DNA of 63,959 nt, the filler included, from Octopus bimaculoides (lineage: Eukaryota): NCBI RefSeq assembly GCF_001194135.2. It is 6 parts of 5 records of this genome, joined end to end, with 100 filler letters (N's around TTAATTAATTAA, not from the genome) between each part and the next. Parts side by side here need not be neighbours in the genome. Positions count along the whole stretch, not along the records: positions 1 to 11,988 come from NC_068983.1; 5 more parts are not named here. One strand, 5' to 3'. The position numbers and the translations under genes are program-made. Positions 1 to 12,088 of this stretch are shown here, piece by piece (position 1 is the first letter of the stretch; each line of letters begins with the position of its first letter). The notes below the pieces were generated by a model. That model searched no databases and was not told the DNA's origin. It worked only from the letters and a program-made list of their open reading frames with translations.

Positions 1-156
1 CTTTATTAAGCAATCTATCGTAGTGGCATCTCCAGACCTCTTTCTTTGCATCCTCATTTAATGCAAGCGTACCATCATCCATGCGAACACATTTCTCTCC
101 TACAACATCACTATTCTCTCTCCTACACTGTCTTGCAACACGAAATACCTCGAGTG

Positions 157-188
<32 letters not shown>

Positions 189-600
189 CACACACACACA
201 TACATGACAGGTTTCCTTTGGTTTCTGTCTACCAAATCTGCTCACAAGGTTTTGGCCAGCCTGGGGCTATAGTAGAAGATACTTGCCCAAAGTGCCATGG
301 GGTTGGGAAGCAAATTTCTTACCACAAAGCCACGCCTGCACCTAGTTTAGCTATGATTTAAACAAATATTGGGAAAAAATCTGCTTTCTATTTTATTTAT
401 CCATATTGATATGGAACATCTGTGAAACTAACTTGATTGCATATGGTGTAACAGTTTGATGAGATAAGATGAATAACAATAGTCAGTGGTTAAGAGTGTA
501 AATCCAATAACTTCTGTTGGTCATAAAGTATGTTTCATAAAGTTCATTGAAAGAGAAATGGGTCAGGTATAGTCTGTTGTGTGTATAATATTAATTGGTA

Positions 601-913
601 GTGTGAAGGCACGTGACCTAGTGATTAGGGCATTCGACTCGCGATTGTAAGGTCATGAGTTCAATTCCCAGCTTCGCGTTGTGTTCTTGGGCAAGACACT
701 TTATTTCCCGTTGCTCCAGTCTACTCACCTGGCAAAAATGAGTTGTACCTGTAGTTCAAAGGGCCAGCCTTGTCATGCTCTTTGTCACACTGAATCTTCC
801 TGGTACACGTGTCTGTGGAGGGCTCAGCCACTTGCACGTTAATTTCACGAGCAAGCTGTTCCGTTGACCGTATCAGCTGGGACCCTCGTCGTCGTAACCT
901 ACGGAGTGCTCCT
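601..913 (+). mobile_element. SINE family C (tRNA-like head, long variant) with TSD ATATTAATTGGTA
   Basis: TSD at 588-600 and 914-926; related segments at ~30140-30255 (+) and ~49160-49425 (-). Confidence 0.8.
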
Positions 914-928
914 ATATTAATTGGTATG

Positions 929-1143
929 AAGGCAGCAAGCTGTCAGAATCGTTAGCATGCTGGGTGAAATGCTAAGCGATATTTCATCTGTCTTTATGTT
1001 CTGAGTTCAAATTCCACTGAGGTCGACTTTACCTTTCATCTTTTCAGGGTTGATGAATTAAGTACCAGCCGTGTATTGAGGTCAAGCTAATCGACTGGCC
1101 CAACCACCTCCCCAAAAATTTTTGGCCTTGTGCCTAGAAAAGA
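929..1143 (+). mobile_element. SINE family B with 15-bp TSD ATATTAATTGGTATG
   Basis: TSD 914-928 and 1144-1158; core ttctgagttcaaattc...ggtcgactt...ctttcatc. Confidence 0.85.
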
Positions 1144-1189
1144 ATATTAATTGGTATGTAATGCAGCATACAGGGTAACTGTGAGTGTA

Positions 1190-1420
1190 AATGCCCATTA
1201 CAGGTATCAGCTGAGGTATATGCAGAGACTTATGGACATTTGTTATGAATGGGTAATGAGTTCTGGGTAAGAGAGTATTGTGTGTTGGCAATTGAAGGTA
1301 AATACAAGGGTGAAAACACAACAGAGGGTGACTGGATGGGAACCTGGGACAATGTATTGAGGTCAGAGCTAAAGATGTTGGATCTCAGGCACGAGATGAT
1401 ACAGGATCAAGACAAGTGTT
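1190..1420 (+). mobile_element. Highly decayed RTE LINE 3' end
   Basis: Translates piecewise to ...TWDNVLRSELKMLDLRHEMIQDQDK, resembling the RTE terminal KTWDEVV..DL..L.L..EMTQDRD.W. Confidence 0.5.
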
Positions 1421-2872
1421 GATACATGCCTTTCTAACCCTATTTTTTTTACCCCTTGAGCCCCAGGACTCATAGAGCTGGTTACTCAGTTTCTGTGATG
1501 ATTGAGTGACTGAGACCGCAACGCCACCCTGAATGAAACACTAGTCTGATGTAGGGTCCAAAGCCAACAATCATAACAGCAGAGGACAATGACTCCAGTA
1601 TTTGACTGGCACTTTAGTTCATCAGTCCCCAAGAGATGAAAGGCAAAGCAGGCATTGGTGGGATTTGAACTCAGAATGTAAAGGGTCGGAAGATATGCTA
1701 CTAAGCATTTTGTCTGATGCACTAATGATTCTGCCAGCTCACCACTTTTTCTAATCCTATTCCACCATGAAAAAAAAATAATGTGATGAGTATTGAAGAT
1801 GATGATTGGTTATTACTTCTGGTTTTATCTTGGAACGATTGTTAAATATTTATTAGGGTTATCAGGAAAGTAAAATCTTTAATGTTTGTTTGCACTATCC
1901 AGAGGTTTTGTGTAAATACTCTCTCTCTCTCTCTCACATGTATGTATGTATGTATATATATGCATACACACACACTATGAAAACTGGCTTATCTTTCTTG
2001 AACTATGTGATTTGTTTGTTTTAATGTTTTCGTTGTTTTTGTATCAAGTACTAAGCGTCCACACACCCAACTAACAAATATTTATGTCTATTTTTCACTA
2101 GAATATTAATATAAAAATTTCAGAGTATTTTCTGTTAATTACGTTATTTATTGTTGGATTTCCCCCACCTTCCAACTTACACACACCATTCCTCTCACAC
2201 ACCATTCCTCTCTCCTTCCTTTCTCTTCTTAATCCCCCACAGTGTATGTATATGAGTGTGTGTATGTGTGTGCATATATATATATGTGTATGTATATATA
2301 TGTATGTATATGTATATACATATATATATATATAATGCATCAATGATGAATTAATTGCCATTGCTCACCGAAACAACTTACGTAGTACACCATATTTACA
2401 AATATATTTACACCAGTAACCACACCTTGTTGATGTCTTGTTCGCTTCACATTGTAACCCCACAGGTGTACAATGTCCAGCTACTCTGCTACCATGTGGT
2501 GCTGTTGGTCAACAATCTCTGCTTTATCTCTGCCTTACTGGCTAGTTGGTGTACATCGATTCTGGGAAGAGATTCTTGTCACTTGAAGCTGTCTTTTTCT
2601 CTTTTATATCTCTGTGTATTTATTGGGTGTCAGGTTTAACCTAAATCGCACCCAATGATTCTTTCAATATGTGAGTATGTTCTGTTAAAACTTTACACTT
2701 ATTTAGCCGCTTCTCTTACCCCCACTTTTCACTACCCTTCTCCTTCTCCCCCTGCTTGGTGTCTTCCACCATTTATTTTATTTTAATTTTACTTTGGTTA
2801 TTTGCATTTTTTGTTTGTTTTTCTAACTCAGTTTTTATTTGCTTTTGTTTATTTTGTTTGGAAACATTTTGG

Positions 2873-3380
2873 GGATCTTTCTGATTTGGCGGACACCATT
2901 TGTTTTTTTTAACGAAACACTTTCAAACTTGGGACACTGTTCAATACACCGCCACGAACTTTTCACCAAATTTGGCAAAAATACTCATAACCCTAACTCT
3001 AACTCTAAAACCCAAACCTTAACCCTAAATCCCTAAAGCTAAAACCAGTACAATCGCACGGACGATGTCATAAATAACAGTACTGCCGATAGTTGTTGTT
3101 GACAAACAACGACACTAATTTTATTCAAGGGAAAAGATCCCATTACACCGCTAGAACGTGTTGTTTACATTCCACAGCAGTAATTGTTTTCACCTCAATA
3201 GACGTCAATGACTGGTTGAAATTACCGAAATATGATAATAACTTTTAACATGAAATAAATTTGAATATAAAAATTTGTCTCTGTTCTATAAGACAAAATA
3301 TACAAGTATATGAAGTTTTAAAGTGTTTCGGTAGAAAATACACTAAATAAAAAATGGTGTCCGCCAAATCAGAAAGATCC
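2873..3380. mobile_element. Non-autonomous TIR element (Merlin-like): 29-bp perfect TIR, 8-bp TSD CATTTTGG
   Basis: GGATCTTTCTGATTTGGCGGACACCATTT at 2873-2901 and its exact reverse complement at 3352-3380; CATTTTGG at 2865-2872 and 3381-3388. Confidence 0.85.
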
Positions 3381-4523
3381 CATTTTGGTTACTAACAAAA
3401 TTTTGTTTGTTTTGACTCTGGAAACTAACTGAATAACAGTGATGATCCTTTTATGGCTGTAAACTAAAAAAAACAAACAAAAAAACATAATACAAATAGA
3501 AATCAGAATAAAAGAATGCAGACAAACAGTAATGCTTCAAATATGAGTTTGGCACTTATTCTATTGATTTCTGGGTTTCTTTTACTGAGCCATTAAATTA
3601 TGAGGATATAAACAAACCAACACCTATTGTCAGGTGGTTGTACAGACGTTCACAAGGGCAGACACACAGACAACACATACACACATGATGAGTTTCGATA
3701 CACTGTCAACCAGATTCACTCACAAGGCATTAGTTGGCCCTGTGCGGGACACATGCTGTACAGTGTGACTGAACCCAAAAGCACATGGTTGCAAACTGAG
3801 CTATCGTTTATTTCTTTGTTATTAGACCGTGGCCATGCTGGGGCACCGCCTTGAAGAAATTTTAGTCAATTGAATTGACCCCTGTACTTTTTTTCTTTTA
3901 AAGCCTAGTTCTTATTCTACTGGTCCCTTTTTGCCAAATTGCAGGGATGTAAACACATTGGTTGTCAAGTGGTAGTGGGGGACAAACACACACACACACA
4001 CAATAACAATAATCCTTGCATTGCTACATGTATTTCCACAACCACGTTTATAAATTCCATCGGAGGATTATTGTTATTATTATTCTATTTATCCTATATT
4101 ATATTGGTACAGCTCAATGCAATCCCAAAAAACTGGTTCACTAGTCAGCATCATTAGACTGTGACCAGCATAATAGAATAGAAGATTTATTTGCATATTC
4201 AAAACGTTTCTCAGAAACAAATTTAAAAGATATATGTATGTATGTATTTGTGTGTGTGTGTGTGTGTGTGTGTACTATAGGCTTCTTTCAGATTCAGTCG
4301 ACCAAATCCACATACAAGGCTCGTGGTTGACCCAAGGCTATAGTAGAAGACACTTGCTCAAGGTGCTGCACAGAGGGACTGAACCAGGGACCATGTGATT
4401 GGGAAGCAAATTTCTTACCACACGCCCATGCCTAGGCCTGTTTAACAATTTCTTTTTATCTTTAGTTTTCTTATTTTTAGTAGAAAATATGTAGCTGTAT
4501 AAGCAAAAATTAAAAAAATAATA

Positions 4524-4772
4524 AATGCGCCCTTTTAAAGCCTAGCCAGGCTCATGGGCCCTGTTTGCCGGTTTCAATGGTGTATGTGTTCCCCAGCAAG
4601 ACGGGATGCCAGTCCATTGCAGCGTTACTCATTTTTGCCAGCTGAGTGGACTGGAGCAACGTGAAATGAAGTGTTTTGCTCAAGAACACAGCGCGTCGCC
4701 CGATCCAGGAATCGAAACCACAATCTTACGATCATGATGTTGATACCCTAACCACTAAGCCACGTGCCTCCA
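4524..4772 (-). mobile_element. SINE family C
   Basis: Reverse complement of the copy at 47870-48095; fragment also at ~51885-51980 (-). Confidence 0.8.
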
Positions 4773-5534
4773 CATAAACAAGAGTAGTATAACTTAATCC
4801 AGTATAGCAGCGGCTCTACTGGATTGTTCTTGTACAGACAGTGGAATAAGATAGGCTTATAACTCTTAAAACAGAGCAATCTAAGGTACCATGCATAGCC
4901 TGTATTTTTCTCTTGCAGTTTCCCCAAATTCTTTCTACTATATTTATATACAGAGTGAAATAATTTGGATCAATGAGTACTAACGAGGAAAAGGATATAT
5001 TTATGGCATTTACATGCATTCCATCATTAGAACTGGTACCATTGTTATTCACCAGAGGCAATATGTGCTTGTCGCAATTACGATGACTGAATAAGACCAT
5101 GTGATGCTAGGAATTTTAAAGTTTCTTCTGAATCCATTGTAATTTGAATAATAACATGTAGTTTCAATAATGGAAAGAAAATCTATTGACTTTACTGTTT
5201 GTATTGTATTCTGCTATTCTGCTTGTCTGTCGGTATTTTAACACTGTTTAGTGTACAGCTATAAGAATTGCCATGAAAGCAGAAATTTCTTTCATTCTTT
5301 GAATTGAATCTATATTTCCAATTTCCAACAGTAACATACATACATACATATATATAGTGGGTTTATGTTTTTTACAGGCCTGTCTTTGTGGGTTTGGTAG
5401 TATTCAGTAAACGGATTTTATATATATATATGTGTGTGTGTGTGTATCTTTGTTGGTTTTGTTTATACTCCAGTACCACTTGATGAGCAATGAGCTTAGC
5501 AGTTCAGCAAAAAGAGACTGATAGAATAAATATC

Positions 5535-5751
5535 CTTTTCTACTCTTGGCACAAGGCCCGAAATTTTGGGGGAGGGGGGGCCAGTCAATTAGATCAACCC
5601 CAGTATATATAACTGGTACTTAATTTATCGACCGAAAGGATGAAAGGCAAAGTCAACCTCGGCGGAATTTGAACTCAGAATATAAAGACAGACAAAATGC
5701 CGCTAAGCATTTCGTCCGGCGTGCTAACGTTTCTGCCAGCTCGCCGCCTTT
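5535..5751 (-). mobile_element. SINE family B inserted into a SINE A 3' half, 15-bp TSD GATAGAATAAATATC
   Basis: TSD at 5520-5534 and 5752-5766; host SINE A sequence resumes after the right TSD. Confidence 0.85.
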
Positions 5752-6388
5752 GATAGAATAAATATCAGGCTTCGAAAAAGAAATAAATATTGCGACTGAT
5801 TTGAGTAAACCCTTCAATGTGGCACTCCAGCATGGCCACAGTCTAATAGCTGAAAAGATAAAAGATGATTAATACTTCTGCACAGTCAATATAAGGCAGG
5901 GCTGACTCTTTCACTTACAAGTATAGCCCATCCAGTGGAGTTTCAAGCAGTTTCTATTAGTCCAATTTCACTCAAAAGCCTTGGGTTGATTCAAGGCTTT
6001 GGTAAATGATGTTGGCCTTAGGCAGTGGTGGGCTAAGAGATTGAAACTAGGACCTCATAATTGCAAAACAAACTTTTTAACCATTTGGCCATGTCTGTGC
6101 TCTGTAAACATAAATTTAAAAACAAAAGGTCATAAAAACAAACAATACAAATTACAGAATTGCACATTTCTAAGACATTCTGTGGTAGTTTTCTATTTTG
6201 GTAAAGAATGAGATTTTTGCCAATTTGTATAGTTCTGTTATTTTAAAATTATTTGTAACCCCTGGTTAGACATATTGAAGCAAGTAGTGTTATCTACCCT
6301 GGGGTAAGATGTTATGGTTGTTGAAAGGTTTTGTGTGTGCATACATGCACACACGTGCATATATATATGTATATACATATATATAGGT

Positions 6389-6768
6389 GCAGGAGTGGCT
6401 AGCATGTGGTAAGTAGCTTGCTTACCAACCACATGGTTCCGGGTTCAGTCCCATTGCATGGCACCTTGGGCAAGAGACTTCTACTACAGCCTCGGGCCGA
6501 CCATGGCCTTGTGAGTGGATTTGGTAGACGGAAACTGAAAGAAGCCCGTTGTATATATATATGTGTGTGTGTGTGTGTGTATGTTTGGTGTGTCTGTGTT
6601 TGACCCCCCCAACATCGCTTGACAACTAATGCTGGTGTGTTTACATCCCCATAACTTATTCTTTGTCTCTTTTGCCAAATCGCTAAGTCCTGGGGTCAAT
6701 TTCTTCATATAAAGGCAGTGCTCCAGCATGGCCACAGTCAAATGACTGAAACAAATGAAGGAAAAAGA
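6389..6768 (+). mobile_element. SINE family A (tRNA-derived head, internal TA/TG microsatellite), with internal deletion
   Basis: ggtaagtagcttgcttaccaaccacatggttccgggttcagtccc head; ...ccagcatggccacagtcaaatgactgaaac tail. Head fragments also at ~205-341(-), 4278-4432(-), 22555-22650(-), 29470-29620(-), 30825-30955(+), 54210-54310(-), 57715-57880(+). Confidence 0.88.
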
Positions 6769-6859
6769 ATATATATCTATATATATATATATATATATAT
6801 AATAGCAGTTTCACTCAGCCCCACATGATGTGTTTTGTGTGTGCATAGGGTGTTTATTG

Positions 6860-7497
6860 CATCAGATGTTAGGAGTCAGAGTGCAAGGTTTGAGATGGCT
6901 TCTAGGTGTTTAGGCCTCCATTGGCCAGCTTAGGTGGTGTGGTATTAATATTGAAGTGACACTAACTATAATCGTTATTTTCAGTCCCATGTATTTGGAC
7001 AGGATGTTGGCAGAATGCTGGCACCATGTTGACAGCCAACTGTGACATAGTATATTCAACGACATCAAATCTTTGTATTGGATAACACACATGTTGGATG
7101 GAATGTTGGCACAGATTGGAAGCTCAGTCATCACTCAGTGGAATATGAACAGCGACTGAGCCTCTGACTCATGCTAACATCCTACTCCACCATGTGCATT
7201 GCCCAATACAAGGATCTGATGTTACCGAATATACTATGTTGCAGCCTGTTGCAAAAGTGTTACCAGCATCCTGCCAACATCCTATCCAAGCACGTGGACC
7301 TAAAAATTATGAAAATAGCTAGCATGACTTCAATATCCTGCTAACGTCCTATCTGAACATGTGGGCCTGAAAACAAAGAATATAACTGGTGTCACTTTGA
7401 TATCATTAATACCACATGATCTCAGCTGCCCAACAGATGTTTAAACATTAGAAGGCATCTTGAATTTTCTCTAATCTTTAACTCCTAACATCTGATG
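6860..7497. mobile_element. Foldback-type element with long degenerate inverted arms
   Basis: CATCAGATGTTAGGAGT / ACTCCTAACATCTGATG termini; arm similarity continues to a ~25-nt centre near 7130-7155; right arm has an internal duplication. Confidence 0.7.
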
Positions 7498-7776
7498 AGA
7501 TGGACTTGTCCATGTGAAGCTTAGTCGAACTGTTATTAAATACATGTAACTCTGGCCAAATGAGTTGACTGCTACTTTCTTTTGTTCACTCATATGTATG
7601 CATATTACATTACTTATTCAGAGGAAGATGGGCAGCACCTTAGAATTATTTCAAGGTTTCTGAGACTTGTGGGAAGAAGTTATCCTCAGACTGGACCCCA
7701 AATACTTGCAACAGAGTTTAGTTTATTAAAGACACCAAATGGCTAGGAGGTGATGTTAAACTAGCCAACAATATTA

Positions 7777-7939
7777 CCGTAAATCCTCGAGTATAGTTCG
7801 CCCTTGAGTATAATATGCAGGGGATTTTTAGGGGGCTGTACTTCTGAAAAACGTAAACCTTGTGTATAATACGCACCCCTTCTCTAACTTGAGTCAAGGA
7901 GGTCTATATAACGTCCTTGGTTTGTAAACATATATACGG
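7777..7939. mobile_element. pogo/Tigger-like short element or element end
   Basis: TA-CCGTAAATCCTCGAGTATA start and TACGG-TA end; only the terminal 5-7 bp are inverted. Confidence 0.4.
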
Positions 7940-10900
7940 TAACGTCCTTTATTATTATTGTATATATAACATCATGCAAACATGTAGCTTTTTTGTGCAT
8001 ATTGTTTGCAGAAAATAAAGAAATAACAGTGAAAAATAAATATTAAGTAAATTGCCTTTACATATTTATCACTTAGAAAATTTTGCTTTGAAAATATTTT
8101 TCATTTTTAACGTTGTATATAGTATGCACTAGAAATTTTGACCTTTTGACCACATCCTACCCGACACTTACAATTGCTTATCCACATTCATTGAGATGTG
8201 ATACTAGTGAAACCAAAAACTCAGTTTCTGGTGTTGTGTTGAGTGGTTTATTTTTTAATCTATTGAGTGATTGTTGTACCATTTAGGAAAATTTGTGCTT
8301 AGCACAACAGGCTCATGAGACATTCATGTAGTTATACAGTATTTCCTGTAGTTACAGCAACATTTAAAGTTTAGTCATTGCATGGAATGCAGTGATGAGA
8401 TTTGATATTTTGACCAAAATGGCATTCTTATTGACTTAATCTCAAAGTATTTACCAAAAACTTGGTCAATTTAAAAAAAACAAACAAGTGTAGGTAAAAC
8501 ATTTATAGAAGTTGGTGGATATTCTAAAATAATTGTACAACACATAAAGTGACACCTGGTACTTTAATACCTTTAGTGGAGTACACTCTGTTGCAAGCAC
8601 TCAGGTCAGGTCATTTGTATGATGATACCTCTCTCCCCTACTCCCTTTCACCAGTCTTGAAACCCCTCTAAAAATGGACTCTGCCTTACTTCATGACAAG
8701 AAAAGTGAAAAGTAAAAATATATAGCTGTAGTCAATTACTCTGTCAGTATTTCTTATGATTATTACTTTTTGCACTCAAAAATTTATATATTGAAACACT
8801 GCTTTGCATGTTTGCTGTTACTCTATTTATTAGCCACATCCTTAAGTGGATATTAAAAAGAAAATATATTTAGATGAGTAAAAAATGCTTGGATAAAGTA
8901 GTTCCTCTATTTCCAAATTGTGTTGCCCGTAGTGGTGCTTCTGTAGTGTATAGAATCTAAGGTTCCTATTTAGTTATTAGTTCTTTTTTGAAATTGTTTT
9001 TTGAAATTATATTTTGATAATTTTTCCAACTGATTTAAAAAAATTTTCCTGTTAATATAATTGATATATTAAAAGTACATAATAGTATCCAGGGCAACAG
9101 TTGGTGGTTCATTCAATAAATATAGATATTTTGATTAAACACTTAGACTACAATTCATAGATCTGTGAGTGTCTGCAGACTGCTTTCACTTTCAGTTCCA
9201 GAATATAATCTCGAGTAATGAAACCAATCTGTTACTTTCTAAACACATAAGCAAATAGAATGTTGCATGTAGCAACAGTATCATGATATTACTATCAAGA
9301 TCAGCTACATGACTTCTACACAACTTTTTGTCTATTCTGTCAGTTCAAGAATTTAACCCACCTGGGGTGGTGAGAAAAAAAATGCACACTTGAATTAGAA
9401 TTGTTGTATAGCATTAAAATAAAGTTAGGTTAATATAAACGGAGAACGATGAATAACAGTAGCATATTGTGCTGGAAGTGCTTATGGTAATCTGAAAAAT
9501 AACAAACAACTTAAGAACATCAAATTCTGCTGACTGAGATTAGGATGGATATAAGAGTATTAAAGATAACTTTGTATGGCAATTAGTGTACTTGAAAGAT
9601 GTAAATTTGCATGGTGATCAAAAAAGATGTGTGTGTGTGTGTGTGTGTGTGTGTATTACTTGCTTGAATCCTGAAAACAACTATTAATAAAAAGCAATAC
9701 AAGCCAGCATGGGAGTTTCTACATAATTGTTTCACCTGTTAGAAATGGTGGCCAAATTCTTTCATTCCCAGACCCCACCATTCTTTAAAAAAAGAGACAC
9801 ATTGGCAAATATAATCTTAATATATATAAAAAGAGGAAAGAAAAATCACAGGATGGTCCCGATTGAAATGCTTTTGATCAGAGGTCTACTCAATCAGGAT
9901 TCACTTGGAACTAAACAACATCAGCTAATTTTTAACATTGCCATAAGTCCACAATTTTGTTTGGATAAGAGTACAATCAATTGAATTGCAACAAGACTAG
10001 TATTTATTCTTTCAAATCTGGAAAGACAGAAATTAAAGATGAAACTAAAATGATTTGAATTCAGGATCAAAAATAGAAAGCAAAAAAACAAAAAAAATCA
10101 AGATTGTAACTTAATACTCCTGAATATTTTGTCCATCCACCATTGTACCAATTATAATATTCACTAGGATGATAATGAAAGTTAATTCTTTCTACTATAG
10201 GTACAAAGCCTTCATTACATTTCGGAGAAGGGGACTAGTCGATTGCATTGGCCCCAGTACTCAATTGGTACTTATTTTATCAACCCTGAAAGAATGAAAA
10301 GCAGAATTTGAGCTCAGATTATAAAGAACTAGAAAAAATGCTGCCAAGTGTTTTGTCTGATGTGCTTAATAATGATGAAGATTTCTAATCTTAGCACAAG
10401 GGCAAAGGGGTATGGTCGACTGAGTTGGCCCTGTATATAACTACTACTTACATTATTGACTTCCAAAACTTTTGCTTTAGTTACATAAAATGGATGATTG
10501 CTTTTGTTGTTGTTTAGCTTCAGTTCAACCTTGATTGAATTTCCTAATTGTGACCATCCTGTTATTTTAGAGGTGTGTAGGTCTATGTTGTCTAAGGTGA
10601 GTTTTCTTGAAGAAAATTTTGGGAGAATGGAGAGAATTTTTGCTGCTATTTCTAGCAGATGGGTGATTGAGTGGAAATTCCCTCGTTGGTTTGTATGACG
10701 GATAATTAATATCGGTGATGGTTATTGTCATAACTATTAAAGCTTTAACACCATACAAAAAAAAAAAAAACATTTAATGGTAAAGTTTGTTTTGTTTGTT
10801 TCTGATATTAAAAAAAAAATTTCTTCATAAATTTTAAAGAACTTGTATGCAGGAAAAGTAAATATCCTCACTTGCCTGACTTTCATCATATTCCAGTCTG

Positions 10901-11659
10901 CTACCTCCTTGGCATGTATTTATAACATTACCTTGAAGAAGTAACAGCCCAGGAAATTTCAAGGAGTTAATAGTATACCCAGTACTCCCTTAGGAATGCC
11001 TTTATTTATAACACTCTGTTGAGAAATCCCAAATTTGTCAACCACCGTAATGGTTATAGTGCTGTATTTCATAGCACAAAATATGCACCTTCCCCACCAA
11101 AAAAAATATGTCTCAAAAAATTGCCCTGGGTCCTACATGTGAAGTTAGGCCTATATTACATGCTTAAATCACTAAAACCATCTGAATATATACTACTGAA
11201 ATTGGAGTGCATCTCATATCTCTGTGCATCTTTTATTATGCCATTAAATATGGTGGTTAGTATTAGGAAGTGTGTTTTTTTTAATAAATTTTCATGAATA
11301 TCCAAATTTAATTTGATTGTATTAAATATTGAAAATGTAAAGGTTAGCTGAATTAATACACGAAGTTTGAATGACAAAGACATTTGGAGGCACTTGGAAA
11401 AGATAAATTAAAATATTTTATTAATTCTTGTAACTATTTGAATTGGGAAAACCTAGCATTAATTATATTTTTATTTATTAATTTATATTTAAGTCTTGTC
11501 TTAATCTGTAATCTCTTAGTTTGTAATTTAATCATGTAAAAAATAACTATTGTGGTTTTTAATTTGTTTGTTTTTTGTTTTGTTTTAATACGAAAACTTT
11601 TGACAAGAAAGTTGATTGTTGTTTAATCATTTTTCTCTGTCACTCATCTAGATCGCAAG

Positions 11660-11756
11660 ATGTTGAACCGACTGGCAGCATGGATAGTAAACAACTATAT
11701 TGGAGAATATGTGGAAAATTTAAACCGAGACAGCGTTTACGTTGGTCTCCTGGCTG
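11660..11756 (+). CDS. VPS13D: First coding exon of a VPS13D-like lipid-transfer protein (Chorein_N start): MLNRLAAWIVNNYIGEYVENLNRDSVYVGLLA(G)
   Basis: Acceptor ...ctgtcactcatctag| at 11650-11651, 8 nt of 5'UTR, ATG at 11660, 32 codons +1 nt, donor G|gtgaga at 11757. Peptide aligns without gaps to the recalled VPS13D N-terminus [33 protein letters not shown] and less well to VPS13A/C. No later VPS13 exon recognised in the window. Confidence 0.82.
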
Positions 11757-11988
11757 GTGAGAAACCCTTTTTATGACTGATTTGTATTGTCATCTCTCAT
11801 CTATTTGTTCCTTCATGTCTTTGTCATCAGTTTGCATTCCTGTTTTCTTTTTTTCTTCCCACCCAGCTTAAATTGTCTAGCCATACTAGTTCTCGTCATC
11901 TCTTACCTGGTCGTCCCACTGGTTGACCTTTATAAAGCACACCTTTGACCTTTTCATCTGCTTGAATGTGTTTTTTTTTTTTTTTTTT

Positions 11989-12088
11989 NNNNNNNNNNNN
12001 NNNNNNNNNNNNNNNNNNNNNNNNNNNNNNNNTTAATTAATTAANNNNNNNNNNNNNNNNNNNNNNNNNNNNNNNNNNNNNNNNNNNN
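11989..12088. other. Assembly join: N44-TTAATTAATTAA-N44
   Basis: Fixed 100-bp length with six-frame-stop linker; artificial. Confidence 0.95.

Noticed and set aside
6389-6460. tRNA-like A/B-box sequences (here and at other SINE heads)
   Set aside because: They are heads of multi-copy SINEs, not cloverleaf tRNA genes.
10850-10995. ~50-codon minus-strand open frame with possible splice sites
   Set aside because: No homology, ambiguous boundaries, length expected by chance.
12033-12044. TTAATTAATTAA as a biological palindrome/PacI or homeobox site
   Set aside because: Identical linker inside five N blocks: assembly artefact.
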